A program made the translations under genes and the position numbers. Positions 49,366-59,838 of a DNA stretch of 64,000 nt are shown here, piece by piece. Within the stretch, counting starts at the first letter, position 1, and each line of letters begins with the position of its first letter. The notes under the pieces were generated by a model. It saw nothing but the letters and a program-made list of their open reading frames with translations, was not told where the DNA came from and searched no databases. The stretch comes from a bacterium (lineage in GTDB: Bacteria; SM23-31). The stretch covers positions 3,040,001-3,104,000 of the forward strand of contig OZ252239.1 in assembly GCA_965249485.1 (NCBI GenBank), read 5' to 3'.

Positions 49366-51111
49366 CTATTTTTCGGAAGCTGTGTTGGTTTTTTTGATAA
49401 CAATCATTGTAATATCGTCATCCTGCTGATCTTTGATTGAAAACTCTTGAATCTCTTTTTTTATATTGCGAATAATGTTTGCAGCCGAACATTTAATCCA
49501 TTTTTGCAGGCAGGAAACAATCCTCTCTATTCCAAATTCTTCATTATAGGGATTGAATGTTTCAGAGACTCCATCGGTATAAAAGAAAAGAATATCACCA
49601 TACTTCATAAAGTTGACTTCAGATTCATAATCAAAATCGGGAATCACACCAAGGATTGGGCCGCCGCTCTTCAATGCCTTCCAATCTCCATTTTTTCGCA
49701 TGAGCAAAGGAGGATTATGTCCGGCATTTGTAGAGCAGAATATGCCCGATTTTGCGTTGATAACACCATAAAAAAATGTAGCATATTTGCTCGGTTCCGT
49801 TACTTCGTAAAGTTCATTATTCAGAAGCCTCACTATTTCCTCGGAAGAATCCGCCTGCTGTATCAATCCGCGAAATGTTGAGTTTAAAGCAGCCATCAGA
49901 AGCGCCCCCGGAACGCCTTTTCCCGATACATCACCAATTGCAACACCGATCTTGTTTTCAGAAATTTTCATAAAGTCAAATAGGTCTCCTCCGATTTCCT
50001 GACTTGTGTTGTTCACTGCGGCAAAATCATAACCTTTCAACTTCGGCATTTTATTCGGCAGCAGAGCTTTTTGAATGTTTCTGGCAATCTCCAGCTCTTT
50101 GTAAAGCTGCTTTGCATCAAGTGCTTGATACAAAAGTTTTGAATTTTCAATCACGATAGAAGTCTGGGCAGCAAAGGCACGAAGAAGTTCAACATCATGA
50201 TATCTAAAATTATGCACTTTATCGCTTTCAAGAACAAAAGCTCCCATGACACTATTCCTATAGTTAATCGGAACAGCTACTTCAGACCGTGTCCCCTTAC
50301 GAGCCATAACATACCGCTTGTCCTTACGAACATCCGGGACAACGATTTCTTTATTATTTGCTATAGCCCAGCCAACAATACCCTTCCCCGCTTTAAGAAG
50401 AACATTATCCTGTAGATCTTTTGAAAATCCCCGAACAGCAGTTTGTTCGAGCGACTTGTCGGGTAAATTCAATAGAAATAATCCAGCAGCGTCACAATCG
50501 ATCACATCTGTTATAGCATCTAATATGTGATTTAGAATCTCGCTTGATTCAGATGAATGACCTATCGTGCGACCAAGATCAAGAAGTACCTGCCTTTCCC
50601 AAGTTTCACGCTTCAATAGTGCTTTTAAAAAAGCAATTTCGAGCAGATTCGCTATATCAGGCAGCGAGTTTTCAAACGCCTGCATTTTTCTGGCGGCTTT
50701 GCCAGTTCCTGATGAAAAAATAACTGCGCCAAGACATTCGTATCCGGACCATAATGGCAATATCCATTGTAAACCAGATTCTTTCAATTTAATTTTCAAT
50801 GATTTTTGGAACCAAGGCCAGTCATCAAGCGATATTTTACTGCTGAATGATTCGGTTGCATGACCATCCGGAGAAAAAGTTATATACGTTTGCCGGAAGA
50901 AATTGAACCGGACTACGGATGATCTTTTGAAACCCATTGTTTTTCGGATAGTATAGCGCGACTTCCGCTCTGAGTGAAAAATGACAAGAATTTTTTGAGC
51001 ATTGTATATTTCATGAATATTATCACTCAACCACGTACACCGCTCATCAAACGATTCGAGCGCAACAAGGGAATTTATATAAGACTCTTTAAATTTTTGG
51101 AGTGTTCTCAT
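49366..51111 (-). CDS. GAF-domain SpoIIE/PP2C-type phosphatase (RsbU-like)
   Basis: GAF GKGIVGW...VPDV..D.RY...SE.AVP; EL..AR.IQ..LLP, GGDLFD, GDVSGKG, NAGHNPP, YTDGVSE, DDIT. Confidence 0.92.
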   Translation of the reverse strand: MRTLQKFKESYINSLVALESFDERCTWLSDNIHEIYNAQKILVIFHSERKSRYTIRKTMGFKRSSVVRFNFFRQTYITFSPDGHATESFSSKISLDDWPWFQKSLKIKLKESGLQWILPLWSGYECLGAVIFSSGTGKAARKMQAFENSLPDIANLLEIAFLKALLKRETWERQVLLDLGRTIGHSSESSEILNHILDAITDVIDCDAAGLFLLNLPDKSLEQTAVRGFSKDLQDNVLLKAGKGIVGWAIANNKEIVVPDVRKDKRYVMARKGTRSEVAVPINYRNSVMGAFVLESDKVHNFRYHDVELLRAFAAQTSIVIENSKLLYQALDAKQLYKELEIARNIQKALLPNKMPKLKGYDFAAVNNTSQEIGGDLFDFMKISENKIGVAIGDVSGKGVPGALLMAALNSTFRGLIQQADSSEEIVRLLNNELYEVTEPSKYATFFYGVINAKSGIFCSTNAGHNPPLLMRKNGDWKALKSGGPILGVIPDFDYESEVNFMKYGDILFFYTDGVSETFNPYNEEFGIERIVSCLQKWIKCSAANIIRNIKKEIQEFSIKDQQDDDITMIVIKKTNTASEK

Positions 51112-51353
51112 TGTTCCAACTGATTGTATATGTTCTTCATTAATAATATTGTGCTATATAGGGTGGTATACCTTGTTATATCACGAACGTTTTCCAATGA
51201 TGCAGATCATACCTAATCTTGACAGCTTTCCGGGTAATCCTATGATGTAAATAGTAATCAATATTGCTAATATTTGGGTAGTATGTAATAAGGAGTGTGG
51301 TACAAAGTTTTAATTGGCTAGTATACTACGTATCTACAACTGAGGATACATTT

Positions 51354-51815
51354 TCACGTTTTTTCATCGTCTTCTATTTCTTTTACACTTTTCACAAAAT
51401 CTTCTTTTGCTTCAAATTTTCTGTACACTGAAGCAAAACGGACATATGCCACGTGGTCTATCTTTTTCAACTCCTCCATGACCAATTCACCTACAATTTT
51501 ATGCGGTATTTCCTTGAGCTGGAGTGTGTGCAGTTTTTCGATAATAGTATCTACGACCAACTCGATTGTTTCATAGGGTATAGGCCGTTTTGAGCATGCT
51601 AACTTTATGCCGATTTCAAGTTTTTGTCTGTCAAAGTCTTCGCGATTTCCATCTCTTTTGACAAGGGTATGCGTGACCTTTTCAATATATTCATATGTGG
51701 TATACCGGTGTCCGCATGATAAGCACTCCCGTCTCCGCCGAATGGCACTGCCCTCTCGTACGGTACGGGAGTCGATAACTTTATCTTCACTCGTTTGGCA
51801 ATATGGACATTTCAT
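51354..51815 (-). CDS. nrdR: Transcriptional repressor NrdR
   Basis: MKCPYC, KVIDSR, IRRRREC..C..RYTTYE, ATP cone, VAYVRFASVY. Confidence 0.97.
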   Translation of the reverse strand: MKCPYCQTSEDKVIDSRTVREGSAIRRRRECLSCGHRYTTYEYIEKVTHTLVKRDGNREDFDRQKLEIGIKLACSKRPIPYETIELVVDTIIEKLHTLQLKEIPHKIVGELVMEELKKIDHVAYVRFASVYRKFEAKEDFVKSVKEIEDDEKT

Positions 51816-51832
51816 AGTCTAAACCTCGAGTA

Positions 51833-53131
51833 TCACTCCTTAGAAAAATCATAAAGCGGGAATGTATCGCAAAGCGATTTTACTTCATTCCGCACCTTAG
51901 CATATAGCTTTTCATCGCCTAAATTGTGGAGAACATCACCAATCATTTGACCAATTTTCTCCATTTCAGGTTCTTCCATACCCCGTGTTGTCAACGCCGG
52001 TGTTCCAATTCTTATACCGCCTGTCACCATTGGAGAGTTTTTGTCAAACGGTACCATGTTTTTGTTGACCGTAATCCCAGATGCTTCAAGCGCGTTTTCT
52101 GCATCCAAGCCTGTTATACCCTTGGACGAGAGATCAACAAGCATAAGATGATTGTCGGTTCCTCCCGATACCAAGGAAAATCCAAGTTTACTCAGAATAC
52201 CGGCAAGAGTGGCGGCATTTGCAATGATTTGTTTGCAATATTCACTAAATTCGGGCTTTAATGCTTCTAGAAATGCAACGGCTTTTGCCGCAATAATATG
52301 CATCAACGGTCCGCCCTGTGTTCCGGGGAACACTCTGCTTGCCACAGCACCACGTAATTTTTTCTCTTTTCCTGTCCAGGGATCGGTAATTATTTTATCT
52401 GCATATTCCGGTCCGATCATGATCATACCACCACGCGGACCTCTTAGTGTTTTATGAGTTGTGGTTGTAACAATATCGCAGTATGGAACCGGAGATGAGT
52501 GCAGCCCGGTAGCAACAAGTCCCGCAATATGCGCAATATCCGCAAGTAAATATGCCCCGACGTTATCCGCTATTTCTCGGAATTTTGAAAAATCCAAAAT
52601 GCGTGGATAAGCACTGAAACCAGCAAGAATAAGATTCGGTTTTTCTCTTAGCGCTATTTCAGACAACTTTTCATAATTAATCATTCCAGTATCTTCTTCA
52701 ACACCATAAGGAACAACATTAAAAAGCTTACCAGAAAAATTGACGGGACTCCCATGAGTCAGATGACCACCATGAGCAAGATCCAAACCGAGAATCGAAT
52801 CGCCTTCTTTCAAGAGTGCAAAGAAGGCAGCAAGATTTGCCTGAGCACCAGCATGTGGCTGAACATTGACGTATTCAGCGTTAAATAGTTTTTTAGCACG
52901 CTCCCGGGCAAGATCCTCAGCGATATCAACAAATTCGCAACCTCCGTAGTACCGTTTTCCCGGGTAGCCTTCTGCATATTTGTTTGTCATGACACAGCCG
53001 GCTGTTTCGAGGACTGCCCTACTGACAAAGTTTTCCGATGCTATCAATTCGAGTGTTGAGTTTAGACGACCAATTTCACTTGAGATGGCATTAAAAATGT
53101 CCGGATCGGAATTTTTTAAATGACTATACAT
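51833..53131 (-). CDS. glyA: Serine hydroxymethyltransferase
   Basis: [54 protein letters not shown]. Confidence 0.98.
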   Translation of the reverse strand: MYSHLKNSDPDIFNAISSEIGRLNSTLELIASENFVSRAVLETAGCVMTNKYAEGYPGKRYYGGCEFVDIAEDLARERAKKLFNAEYVNVQPHAGAQANLAAFFALLKEGDSILGLDLAHGGHLTHGSPVNFSGKLFNVVPYGVEEDTGMINYEKLSEIALREKPNLILAGFSAYPRILDFSKFREIADNVGAYLLADIAHIAGLVATGLHSSPVPYCDIVTTTTHKTLRGPRGGMIMIGPEYADKIITDPWTGKEKKLRGAVASRVFPGTQGGPLMHIIAAKAVAFLEALKPEFSEYCKQIIANAATLAGILSKLGFSLVSGGTDNHLMLVDLSSKGITGLDAENALEASGITVNKNMVPFDKNSPMVTGGIRIGTPALTTRGMEEPEMEKIGQMIGDVLHNLGDEKLYAKVRNEVKSLCDTFPLYDFSKE

Positions 53132-53243
53132 TGAATCCTAATTGTTTGATCGTAAATGGAAACAGGAAGGGCCGGTGCAATCACAGCGTACATTTTAATA
53201 ATCTTACAAAGATGGAAATCCGGCATAGTTAATGACTTTTACA

Positions 53244-53684
53244 TCATTTATCGGATAAATCATGAATTTTCTGAACTCGGATAGCGTGTCTCCCCCCCTC
53301 AAAAGATGCTTGTAGCCACGATTGGAGTGACGCAAGAGCCGTCGATTCATCTATCATTCTTCCGGCAAGAACAAGAATGTTTGAATCATTATGCCGTTTG
53401 CTCATTTCTGCTTGTTCGGGAGTCATAACGAGCGCAGCTCTAATACCGGGGACTTTATTGGCAATAATTGACATACCGACACCGGAACCACAAATCAGGA
53501 CACCATCATCGTAAATGCCATCTGCAACTTTACGCGCAACCTTAATTCCAATATCTGGATAATCTACCGATTCTTCAGAATATGTTCCCAAATCTACACA
53601 ATCTATTTCCCGGTTTTTAAGATACTGAATTACTGCTTTTTTTAACTTAAAACCGGCATGGTCACTACCAACAACAATTTTCAA
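53244..53684 (-). CDS. rpiB: Ribose 5-phosphate isomerase B
   Basis: GSDHAG..LK, VDYPD, ICGSGVGMSI.ANKV.GIRAA, HNDSN, FEGGRH..RV. Confidence 0.96.
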   Translation of the reverse strand: MKIVVGSDHAGFKLKKAVIQYLKNREIDCVDLGTYSEESVDYPDIGIKVARKVADGIYDDGVLICGSGVGMSIIANKVPGIRAALVMTPEQAEMSKRHNDSNILVLAGRMIDESTALASLQSWLQASFEGGRHAIRVQKIHDLSDK

Positions 53685-53690
53685 AATGAG

Positions 53691-54995
53691 TTACCTTTTA
53701 AACCGCCAGATCCACTCATATTCGGGCGTTTTTGGTATATCGTAACCTTTATTCATAAACTTATCTTCGGATGTCCGCATGAAATTTTCCCCATAAAAAC
53801 TTGCATAACGCTCACCATCGTTTCGAGTATTCGGGTCACGGGCGGCATCCTGAAAATAGGTTACAGCTACTTCATAAATAAGTTTATCATCATATGAGGC
53901 AGTTGATCTGCCATATTTTGACATTGTGTTCTCTATATATTCTACTATCAGCTCACCTATCATGTAATTTGCTTTTCCATGATTTCTGTCAATCTGACGC
54001 GCTCTCGATGCCCAATTGAGTGCTTCGCGTACATTCTGCTTGTCAATACGGTATATATCGGCAATATCAAGCAGATATTGCGGTTCTTGTGGACGAAGTT
54101 GAGTAATTTCGCGGATTGCACTGATAGCATCATCGACACGATTCGTAGACCTGAGTGCATTAATTTTTAGCAGACGAACGTCGATATCATCCGGATTCAA
54201 TACTATGAAAGCATCAGCAAGTTCAACTACCTCAGAATGTCGTGATTGATCGGCATAAGCGGACAAAAGCTGCCAGAGGACTTCTGAATCAGAAGGGTCT
54301 TCTTGGTAGCGGCGTTCGAATTCCTCTAATAATGCATCATCTCCACGTAACTCTCTTATTAATCCGATTCTTTCATTATCAAAGGCGATATTGCCCGGTT
54401 CGAGCTCTAAGAGTAGCTCGATGAATTCAAGGGCATTTTCATTTTCGCCACGTGATTTATACAGATCTTTTACTCTGATTATATTATCTTGTTGCTTAAT
54501 TAGATCTTCTTCATATTCTAAAATATCCAATGTGGTTTCAATATATTCATCAAGTTGGTTTTCGTTGAGATAATACCATTGGAGCCAGTTTAGAAATGTC
54601 AGGTTACCCTCATTGAACCCAAGACCCGCATCATAGGCATAAAATGCACTATCGACGATTCCCCGTTCAAAATAGGCTCTTCCTATCTGGAGATAAATCC
54701 GGGGGTATCTCAGATTATTGCCATTGATATCTTGGTCAATTGCGTTGGTTCTTAATAGATACGGGAGGGCATTTTCATAATCTTTTTGCTGATATCTATC
54801 ATAGCCTAAATTAAATGCGATAATCATCTCCTGAGTCAGCTCTTCAGTTGATTTTTCCTGTTTTACATTATTAGCTGACGCATTATCGGTAGCAGTCTGC
54901 GATGAACTTGCACACCCGCTCCAAACAGCAAATACACAAAACATGCTCAATAACACAACTGTCCGGATTATTTTGTTTTGATTCATATGTCTCAT
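53691..54995 (-). CDS. TPR-repeat lipoprotein
   Basis: Lipoprotein-like signal (VWSG-C); multiple TPR-like units (YENALPYL, IYLQIGRAY, LELEPGN, QLRPQEP). Confidence 0.75.
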   Translation of the reverse strand: MRHMNQNKIIRTVVLLSMFCVFAVWSGCASSSQTATDNASANNVKQEKSTEELTQEMIIAFNLGYDRYQQKDYENALPYLLRTNAIDQDINGNNLRYPRIYLQIGRAYFERGIVDSAFYAYDAGLGFNEGNLTFLNWLQWYYLNENQLDEYIETTLDILEYEEDLIKQQDNIIRVKDLYKSRGENENALEFIELLLELEPGNIAFDNERIGLIRELRGDDALLEEFERRYQEDPSDSEVLWQLLSAYADQSRHSEVVELADAFIVLNPDDIDVRLLKINALRSTNRVDDAISAIREITQLRPQEPQYLLDIADIYRIDKQNVREALNWASRARQIDRNHGKANYMIGELIVEYIENTMSKYGRSTASYDDKLIYEVAVTYFQDAARDPNTRNDGERYASFYGENFMRTSEDKFMNKGYDIPKTPEYEWIWRFKR

Positions 54996-55118
54996 ATGGA
55001 ATTTGGCCTTTGTTTATAAGATATTATCATTTTCAAAATGTATCAAAATGTAATTTGTTGCAACTGTGTAATATATATAGAAATTGACGCTATATCAATA
55101 AATTTTTTATCTTGATGT

Positions 55119-56327
55119 TCATCTGGTCATCACTCTTCTAAACCAGACCTCCCCACCGACAATCCCTACGAATAGTCGAGCAACTTTATCTTTTCCAAGT
55201 AACCCTGATTCTGATTCTCTAAAACCACCTTCAAAGGCAATATCAAGCCTCGCCCCTCCCCCATTGAATGGATATCCAAATCCAGCAGTAATAAACTTTT
55301 CAGTAACTGCAGCTCCATCAACATCCGTATTATATAATTGCCAGTAATATCCCCCAATTCTATACTTCAATCCACGTGCAAATGTCCTTATTTCAGTTTC
55401 ACGATTTCCGAACTCAAATCCGGCCGAATATCTTGTCGAATTATTGAATATTTGCGTTGTAGGTGCACCCAAATCGAGATCCTCGTACTGCCACCTATAG
55501 ATGTCTGCCGCAAATAGTACTGCCGTGCTCAACTCTGACACAAGACCTATCCCAAATGAATGAGGAATCGTCATGTCAACTTGTTCTACTATTCCGGCAT
55601 TCCCCGCAGTATCAGATTTTCGAAGCTTAGTGTCCAATTTTGTTTCGCTCATATAAACTGCACCAATTTGCATCTGAGGAAAAAAACGAAAAATTGTTCC
55701 AAGAGCATATCCAGATCCCCTTTTTTGGCGAGTCGACCGTATTGCTGCATCTGAATTACTTGCATTATTGAGTTGTAAAATATCAAGACTCCAATTCTCA
55801 ACATCTGTTCCGAAAACATAATTGTACTGTGCACCAATCAAAACTCTTTCTCCAAATGAATATCCGAAACCAAAATATCCTAAAGATGTACCACCTGATG
55901 CTTCCAGCAATCTCTCAAATACGTCAGTCTTTGATAGTACTTTAAAATCAGTATCAAAATGAGGTTTGAATCCACCTGCAAATGTGAGGCTGCCCTTTGT
56001 GTTCAAAGCAAATGAGATATCATTCAACCCGGATTTTTCACTCGTGCTATTTTGAGTAGATCTTTCATTGTTCACCCCCTCAAATCTGACACCAATGCCG
56101 TAAGAAACATATCTCAGATATCCCCATGCGGCCGGATTTAAATGATTCTGAGCAATTGGATCGACTAAGGCTATACCTGAGCCACCTATTGCTGTTGAAC
56201 GAATATTTGCAAGGTAGCGCAATTCCCCAATTCCTCCGGCTCCAAATATCGATTGGGCCATTCCAATACTTGGTATCAGTAAGAATATGGGTGCAATTAA
56301 TGTAAGTAATTTTATTATATGCTTCAT
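55119..56327 (-). CDS. Outer-membrane beta-barrel protein (FadL/PorV-like)
   Basis: Signal peptide, QSIFG..GIGEL, R..AIGG.G.A...N..NPA, alternating strands, C-terminal GEVWF. Confidence 0.7.
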   Translation of the reverse strand: MKHIIKLLTLIAPIFLLIPSIGMAQSIFGAGGIGELRYLANIRSTAIGGSGIALVDPIAQNHLNPAAWGYLRYVSYGIGVRFEGVNNERSTQNSTSEKSGLNDISFALNTKGSLTFAGGFKPHFDTDFKVLSKTDVFERLLEASGGTSLGYFGFGYSFGERVLIGAQYNYVFGTDVENWSLDILQLNNASNSDAAIRSTRQKRGSGYALGTIFRFFPQMQIGAVYMSETKLDTKLRKSDTAGNAGIVEQVDMTIPHSFGIGLVSELSTAVLFAADIYRWQYEDLDLGAPTTQIFNNSTRYSAGFEFGNRETEIRTFARGLKYRIGGYYWQLYNTDVDGAAVTEKFITAGFGYPFNGGGARLDIAFEGGFRESESGLLGKDKVARLFVGIVGGEVWFRRVMTR

Positions 56328-56339
56328 AATGGAAACGAC

Positions 56340-57503
56340 CTATTGACTAACAATATTAAAAATTGTATACTGAACTTGTATAGTGGGTTGTATGCCCCCA
56401 TCACCTGTATCAAAAAAATAGACAAACTTTGAAAAGTCGAGCCCTTCAGTTCCTGATGTAAATAAAATTCCGTTATTTGTCTCCCTAGAATTAACCCAAG
56501 TTTGAAATAAAGAAAGTATGTTAAATCTTACCTCAAGCCTTTCAGTATTACTGTTCAATCCAATGGTTCTCTGCTGAAACGCTGCAATGGAAAGTAAAAT
56601 ATTATCAGGATCCCACAATTTTGAAATAAGCGGATTCGATTGTAAAGAATACGTCTCACTACTCTTGAGATCAGAATTATCTTCATCTAGGACTAATACC
56701 ATTTCTGCAAAGTTTATGATTGCATTATCCGGAATATGGTCGATACCAAAACGGACCACTGCTCTATGACTCCCAAAATTACTCAGCACCAAACCATTTT
56801 CTAATTCTTTCGGACCATCAACTAGGTAGGTAGTAGCCGTAGGAATTAATAATTCAATGTCCTGTCCCCCATTATCTGAGTAGTACAATAACATAGTTAT
56901 ATCCAAGACCGGACCATTGGGATTAGAGACATCATGAATATACTGTTTAGCGAATCCCGCATTGTCAGATGAAATTAGAATGCCATAATTGGGGAGTGTC
57001 GAATCTCCCGTAGCATCGACCCATTTTTGGGCTAAATCAGCCGGAATAGTTACGAGTTCAACTTCTTCAAGTGAGGAGCTAACCTGAAAGGATGCCGCCT
57101 CAATCGGATTGACTGTCACTTCGGGCAATGTTACTGTATTCCAGTCTGATGTCACCTCAAATACATGAGCAGTAAACGATTCAAGTGCTTCACCATAAAC
57201 ATAAGATGGAATAAAACTAATTCGCGCAGAATCAACAGAAACATTTGCTGGGATATCCCTGAAACGTAGCAATATGCTGCTTTCCTGATCTTTATATTCA
57301 CCTAACATTAGATTTGGTGAATCTCCCCTACCGAAAACTGGATCAAAAATATAAAAGAAAGTCGAATCAATAACCGCAGTTGTTTCTATAACGTTACCTG
57401 CAGGTTCCCGAAATGGAATTTCATCTTCTTCAAATATAAGTGGCTGATCATCGCACGAGACAATTGCAGTTGTAACTAATAAAATTGTAACAATTATTCG
57501 CAT
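56340..57503 (-). CDS. Beta-rich lipoprotein (DUF4270-like)
   Basis: Lipobox IVS-C after ATG 57503; L.LG.Y....S.ILLRF..IP...VDSA, W....NYGI repeated twice (..QTWV....NNGI), P...V.YT end. Confidence 0.65.
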   Translation of the reverse strand: MRIIVTILLVTTAIVSCDDQPLIFEEDEIPFREPAGNVIETTAVIDSTFFYIFDPVFGRGDSPNLMLGEYKDQESSILLRFRDIPANVSVDSARISFIPSYVYGEALESFTAHVFEVTSDWNTVTLPEVTVNPIEAASFQVSSSLEEVELVTIPADLAQKWVDATGDSTLPNYGILISSDNAGFAKQYIHDVSNPNGPVLDITMLLYYSDNGGQDIELLIPTATTYLVDGPKELENGLVLSNFGSHRAVVRFGIDHIPDNAIINFAEMVLVLDEDNSDLKSSETYSLQSNPLISKLWDPDNILLSIAAFQQRTIGLNSNTERLEVRFNILSLFQTWVNSRETNNGILFTSGTEGLDFSKFVYFFDTGDGGIQPTIQVQYTIFNIVSQ

Positions 57504-57504
57504 A

Positions 57505-58089
57505 TTATTCCAAATCATGTTTAATCCATTCAACAGCTTCAATTAGTGAATCAACTATTCTATCCGGATGAATACTATGTTCTGCATCTGCAAGAGAATA
57601 TTCTGTATCTTTTCCATATCCCGTACGTACAAGCACCGTTTTCAAACCAGCATTGATTCCACAATCGATATCGGACAACTTGTCACCAATCATGTATGAG
57701 CCATCCAATGAGAGCTTGAGTTCGTCTACTGCCTGTTGAATCAAGCCCGTTGCGGGTTTCCGGCAATTACATTTTCGTGTATACTCGTGCTGTTTTCCTT
57801 CAGGGTGATGCGGGCAGTAATAGATACCGTCAAAACTCACTCCGGACTGTTCAAGTATCTCACACAACATCTGATTTATTTCTATTACTTTCGACTCCGG
57901 AAACATTCCTCGCGCAACACCAGACTGATTCGTAACGACTACAAGTTTAAAACCAAGAATTTTTGCCTGAGCAAGTGCATCAACAGCGCCTGGCAGCAAT
58001 CTCACATCATTCACATTATCAATATAACCTTCTTCAAACATGATTGTTCCATCACGGTCTAAAAAAATTGCTTTGTCAGCTGTGCTCAT
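57505..58089 (-). CDS. gmhB: D-glycero-D-manno-heptose 1,7-bisphosphate phosphatase
   Basis: FLDRDGT, VTNQSG.ARG, CPHHP..CNCRKP, MIGDK.SD, VRTGYG. Confidence 0.93.
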   Translation of the reverse strand: MSTADKAIFLDRDGTIMFEEGYIDNVNDVRLLPGAVDALAQAKILGFKLVVVTNQSGVARGMFPESKVIEINQMLCEILEQSGVSFDGIYYCPHHPEGKQHEYTRKCNCRKPATGLIQQAVDELKLSLDGSYMIGDKLSDIDCGINAGLKTVLVRTGYGKDTEYSLADAEHSIHPDRIVDSLIEAVEWIKHDLE

Positions 58090-58134
58090 AGTACTAACAG
58101 ATTATTATTACGTTTATTCCTCAAAATAAAGAAA

Positions 58135-58160
58135 ATGTCAAACTTATACAAGTTTGACAT
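58135..58160. repeat. Perfect 11-bp inverted repeat between glgA and gmhB
   Basis: ATGTCAAACTT-atac-AAGTTTGACAT, followed on the - strand by a T-rich run. Confidence 0.6.
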
Positions 58161-58223
58161 CAAATTTATTATTATGTAGTTACCAGCAAACCCAAAAAAA
58201 ACAAGAAGTTCATAAATACACAA

Positions 58224-59705
58224 TTATTTTTTCAGAACTTTTTCATAAATTTTTGAATATTTCTTGGCCGAAGCTTTCCATGAAAAATCTTGTTTCATCC
58301 CATTCTTGATGATCTTCTTCCAGATTTTTTGATTTCCAAAGATTTCAATTGCCCGCTTAATTGTTTTGAGCAATTCCTTATCGTCATATTTTTCGAAAAC
58401 GAATCCGTTACCTTTGCCGGTCTCGGGATTAAACTCTTCAATTGTATCGGCTAATCCGCCGGTCTTTCTTACAATTGGTACCGTGCCATACTTTAAGCTG
58501 TATAATTGATTCAATCCACAAGGCTCATAACGTGATGGCATCAAGAACATATCACTACCGGCTTCAATGAGATGTGCAAGCGCTTCATCAAAGGTGAGTT
58601 TTACTCCAAATTTATTGGGATGTTTCTTGTTGATTTTCGTAAGGAGTGTATGGTACTTTTTATCTCCGGTTCCAAGAACAACAAACTGCGCATTGAGCTT
58701 TATAAGATCATCAATTATTTTTTCTAAGAGATCAAGACCTTTTTGATCAGCCAATCTTGTAATTACTCCAATAATTGGAGTAGCATCATCAAATGCAAAA
58801 TTGTACTTTTTCGCAAGAACTTTTTTGTTCTCAAGCTTACCTGAAAGATCGGCAGCAGTATAGTTACTGCTGATATTTTCATCTGTCTCAGGATTCCAAG
58901 TCGAATAATCAACACCATTTATAATTCCTGAAAACACATCGCTTCGGTCTTTGAAGATACCTTCAAAGCCAAATCCATATTCTTTGGATTGCTGCACTTC
59001 CTCTGCATACTTCTCACTCACCGTCGTGATATAATCGGAGTAATAAATGCCTGTTTTCATAAAACTGAATTTTCCGTAATATTCCGTCATACCATCGGAA
59101 TGAAACAGCGATTTATCTACATTTGTTTTTGTAAAAGATTCCGGGGGGAAATTACCTTGATAGCCGACATTGTGAATCGTAAAAACGGTTGATGTTTTTT
59201 TGAAAAACTCATCATCCTTATATAACGTTTTCAAGAAAAATGGGATAAGACCGGTCTGCCAATCATTACAATGAATAATGTCGGGCTGCCAAAAAAGAAG
59301 CTTCAATGTTTCAAGAACACCTTTTGCAAATAATATATACCGTTCATCGTTGTCTGGAAAATCTTTGTTTGTCTTTGGAGCACTGTAGAGTCCCTCACGG
59401 CCAAAATAGGGACGGTAATCAATAAAATAAGTCTGGATTTTTACCGGATCAGGTGTAAAGGCAGATTTTACACAGATCTTTTTAACCGAATCGCCAACTG
59501 TTATAGGAATATCTTTCAGACGGATCACATCACGCAAAATATATTTCCGGTCATTGACCACTTTATACTTTGGCATCATAATCCGAACTTCGTGCCCCAA
59601 TTCTTTCAGACCCTTTGGAAGGGATATTGAAACATCGGCTAATCCACCGGTCTTAGCAAATGGGGCTACTTCGGAAGATAAAAAGAGGATATTAAGTTTC
59701 TTCAT
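58224..59705 (-). CDS. glgA: Glycogen/starch synthase (GT5)
   Basis: SEVAPFAKTGGLADV, PDIIHCNDWQT, TIHN..YQG, GI.NG.D, RL..QKG, PSRYEPCGLNQ, GGLADT. Likely start ATG 59705. Confidence 0.93.
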   Translation of the reverse strand: MKKLNILFLSSEVAPFAKTGGLADVSISLPKGLKELGHEVRIMMPKYKVVNDRKYILRDVIRLKDIPITVGDSVKKICVKSAFTPDPVKIQTYFIDYRPYFGREGLYSAPKTNKDFPDNDERYILFAKGVLETLKLLFWQPDIIHCNDWQTGLIPFFLKTLYKDDEFFKKTSTVFTIHNVGYQGNFPPESFTKTNVDKSLFHSDGMTEYYGKFSFMKTGIYYSDYITTVSEKYAEEVQQSKEYGFGFEGIFKDRSDVFSGIINGVDYSTWNPETDENISSNYTAADLSGKLENKKVLAKKYNFAFDDATPIIGVITRLADQKGLDLLEKIIDDLIKLNAQFVVLGTGDKKYHTLLTKINKKHPNKFGVKLTFDEALAHLIEAGSDMFLMPSRYEPCGLNQLYSLKYGTVPIVRKTGGLADTIEEFNPETGKGNGFVFEKYDDKELLKTIKRAIEIFGNQKIWKKIIKNGMKQDFSWKASAKKYSKIYEKVLKK

Positions 59706-59838
59706 GTAATGATAATCTAGGGGTCGCTTTCTCAAGCGTAACATACAAAAACTATTCGCAAATATCAATCAAAAAATATCTTGTAGCAGTCTGAATCAAT
59801 ACGTTGCATGTACTAATTGCGTTTGCAAAAAGAATGAC

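Noticed and set aside
51140..51180. GCTATATAGGGTG as a possible NrdR box downstream of nrdR
   Set aside because: Weak single match, not tandem, and the downstream gene is a phosphatase rather than a ribonucleotide reductase.
53155..53225. AACAGGAAGGGCCGGTGCAATC resembles part of a cobalamin riboswitch; a ZTP riboswitch before glyA was also considered
   Set aside because: It is on the wrong strand for glyA, the pairing partners and B12 box are missing, and I see no ZTP consensus on the - strand.
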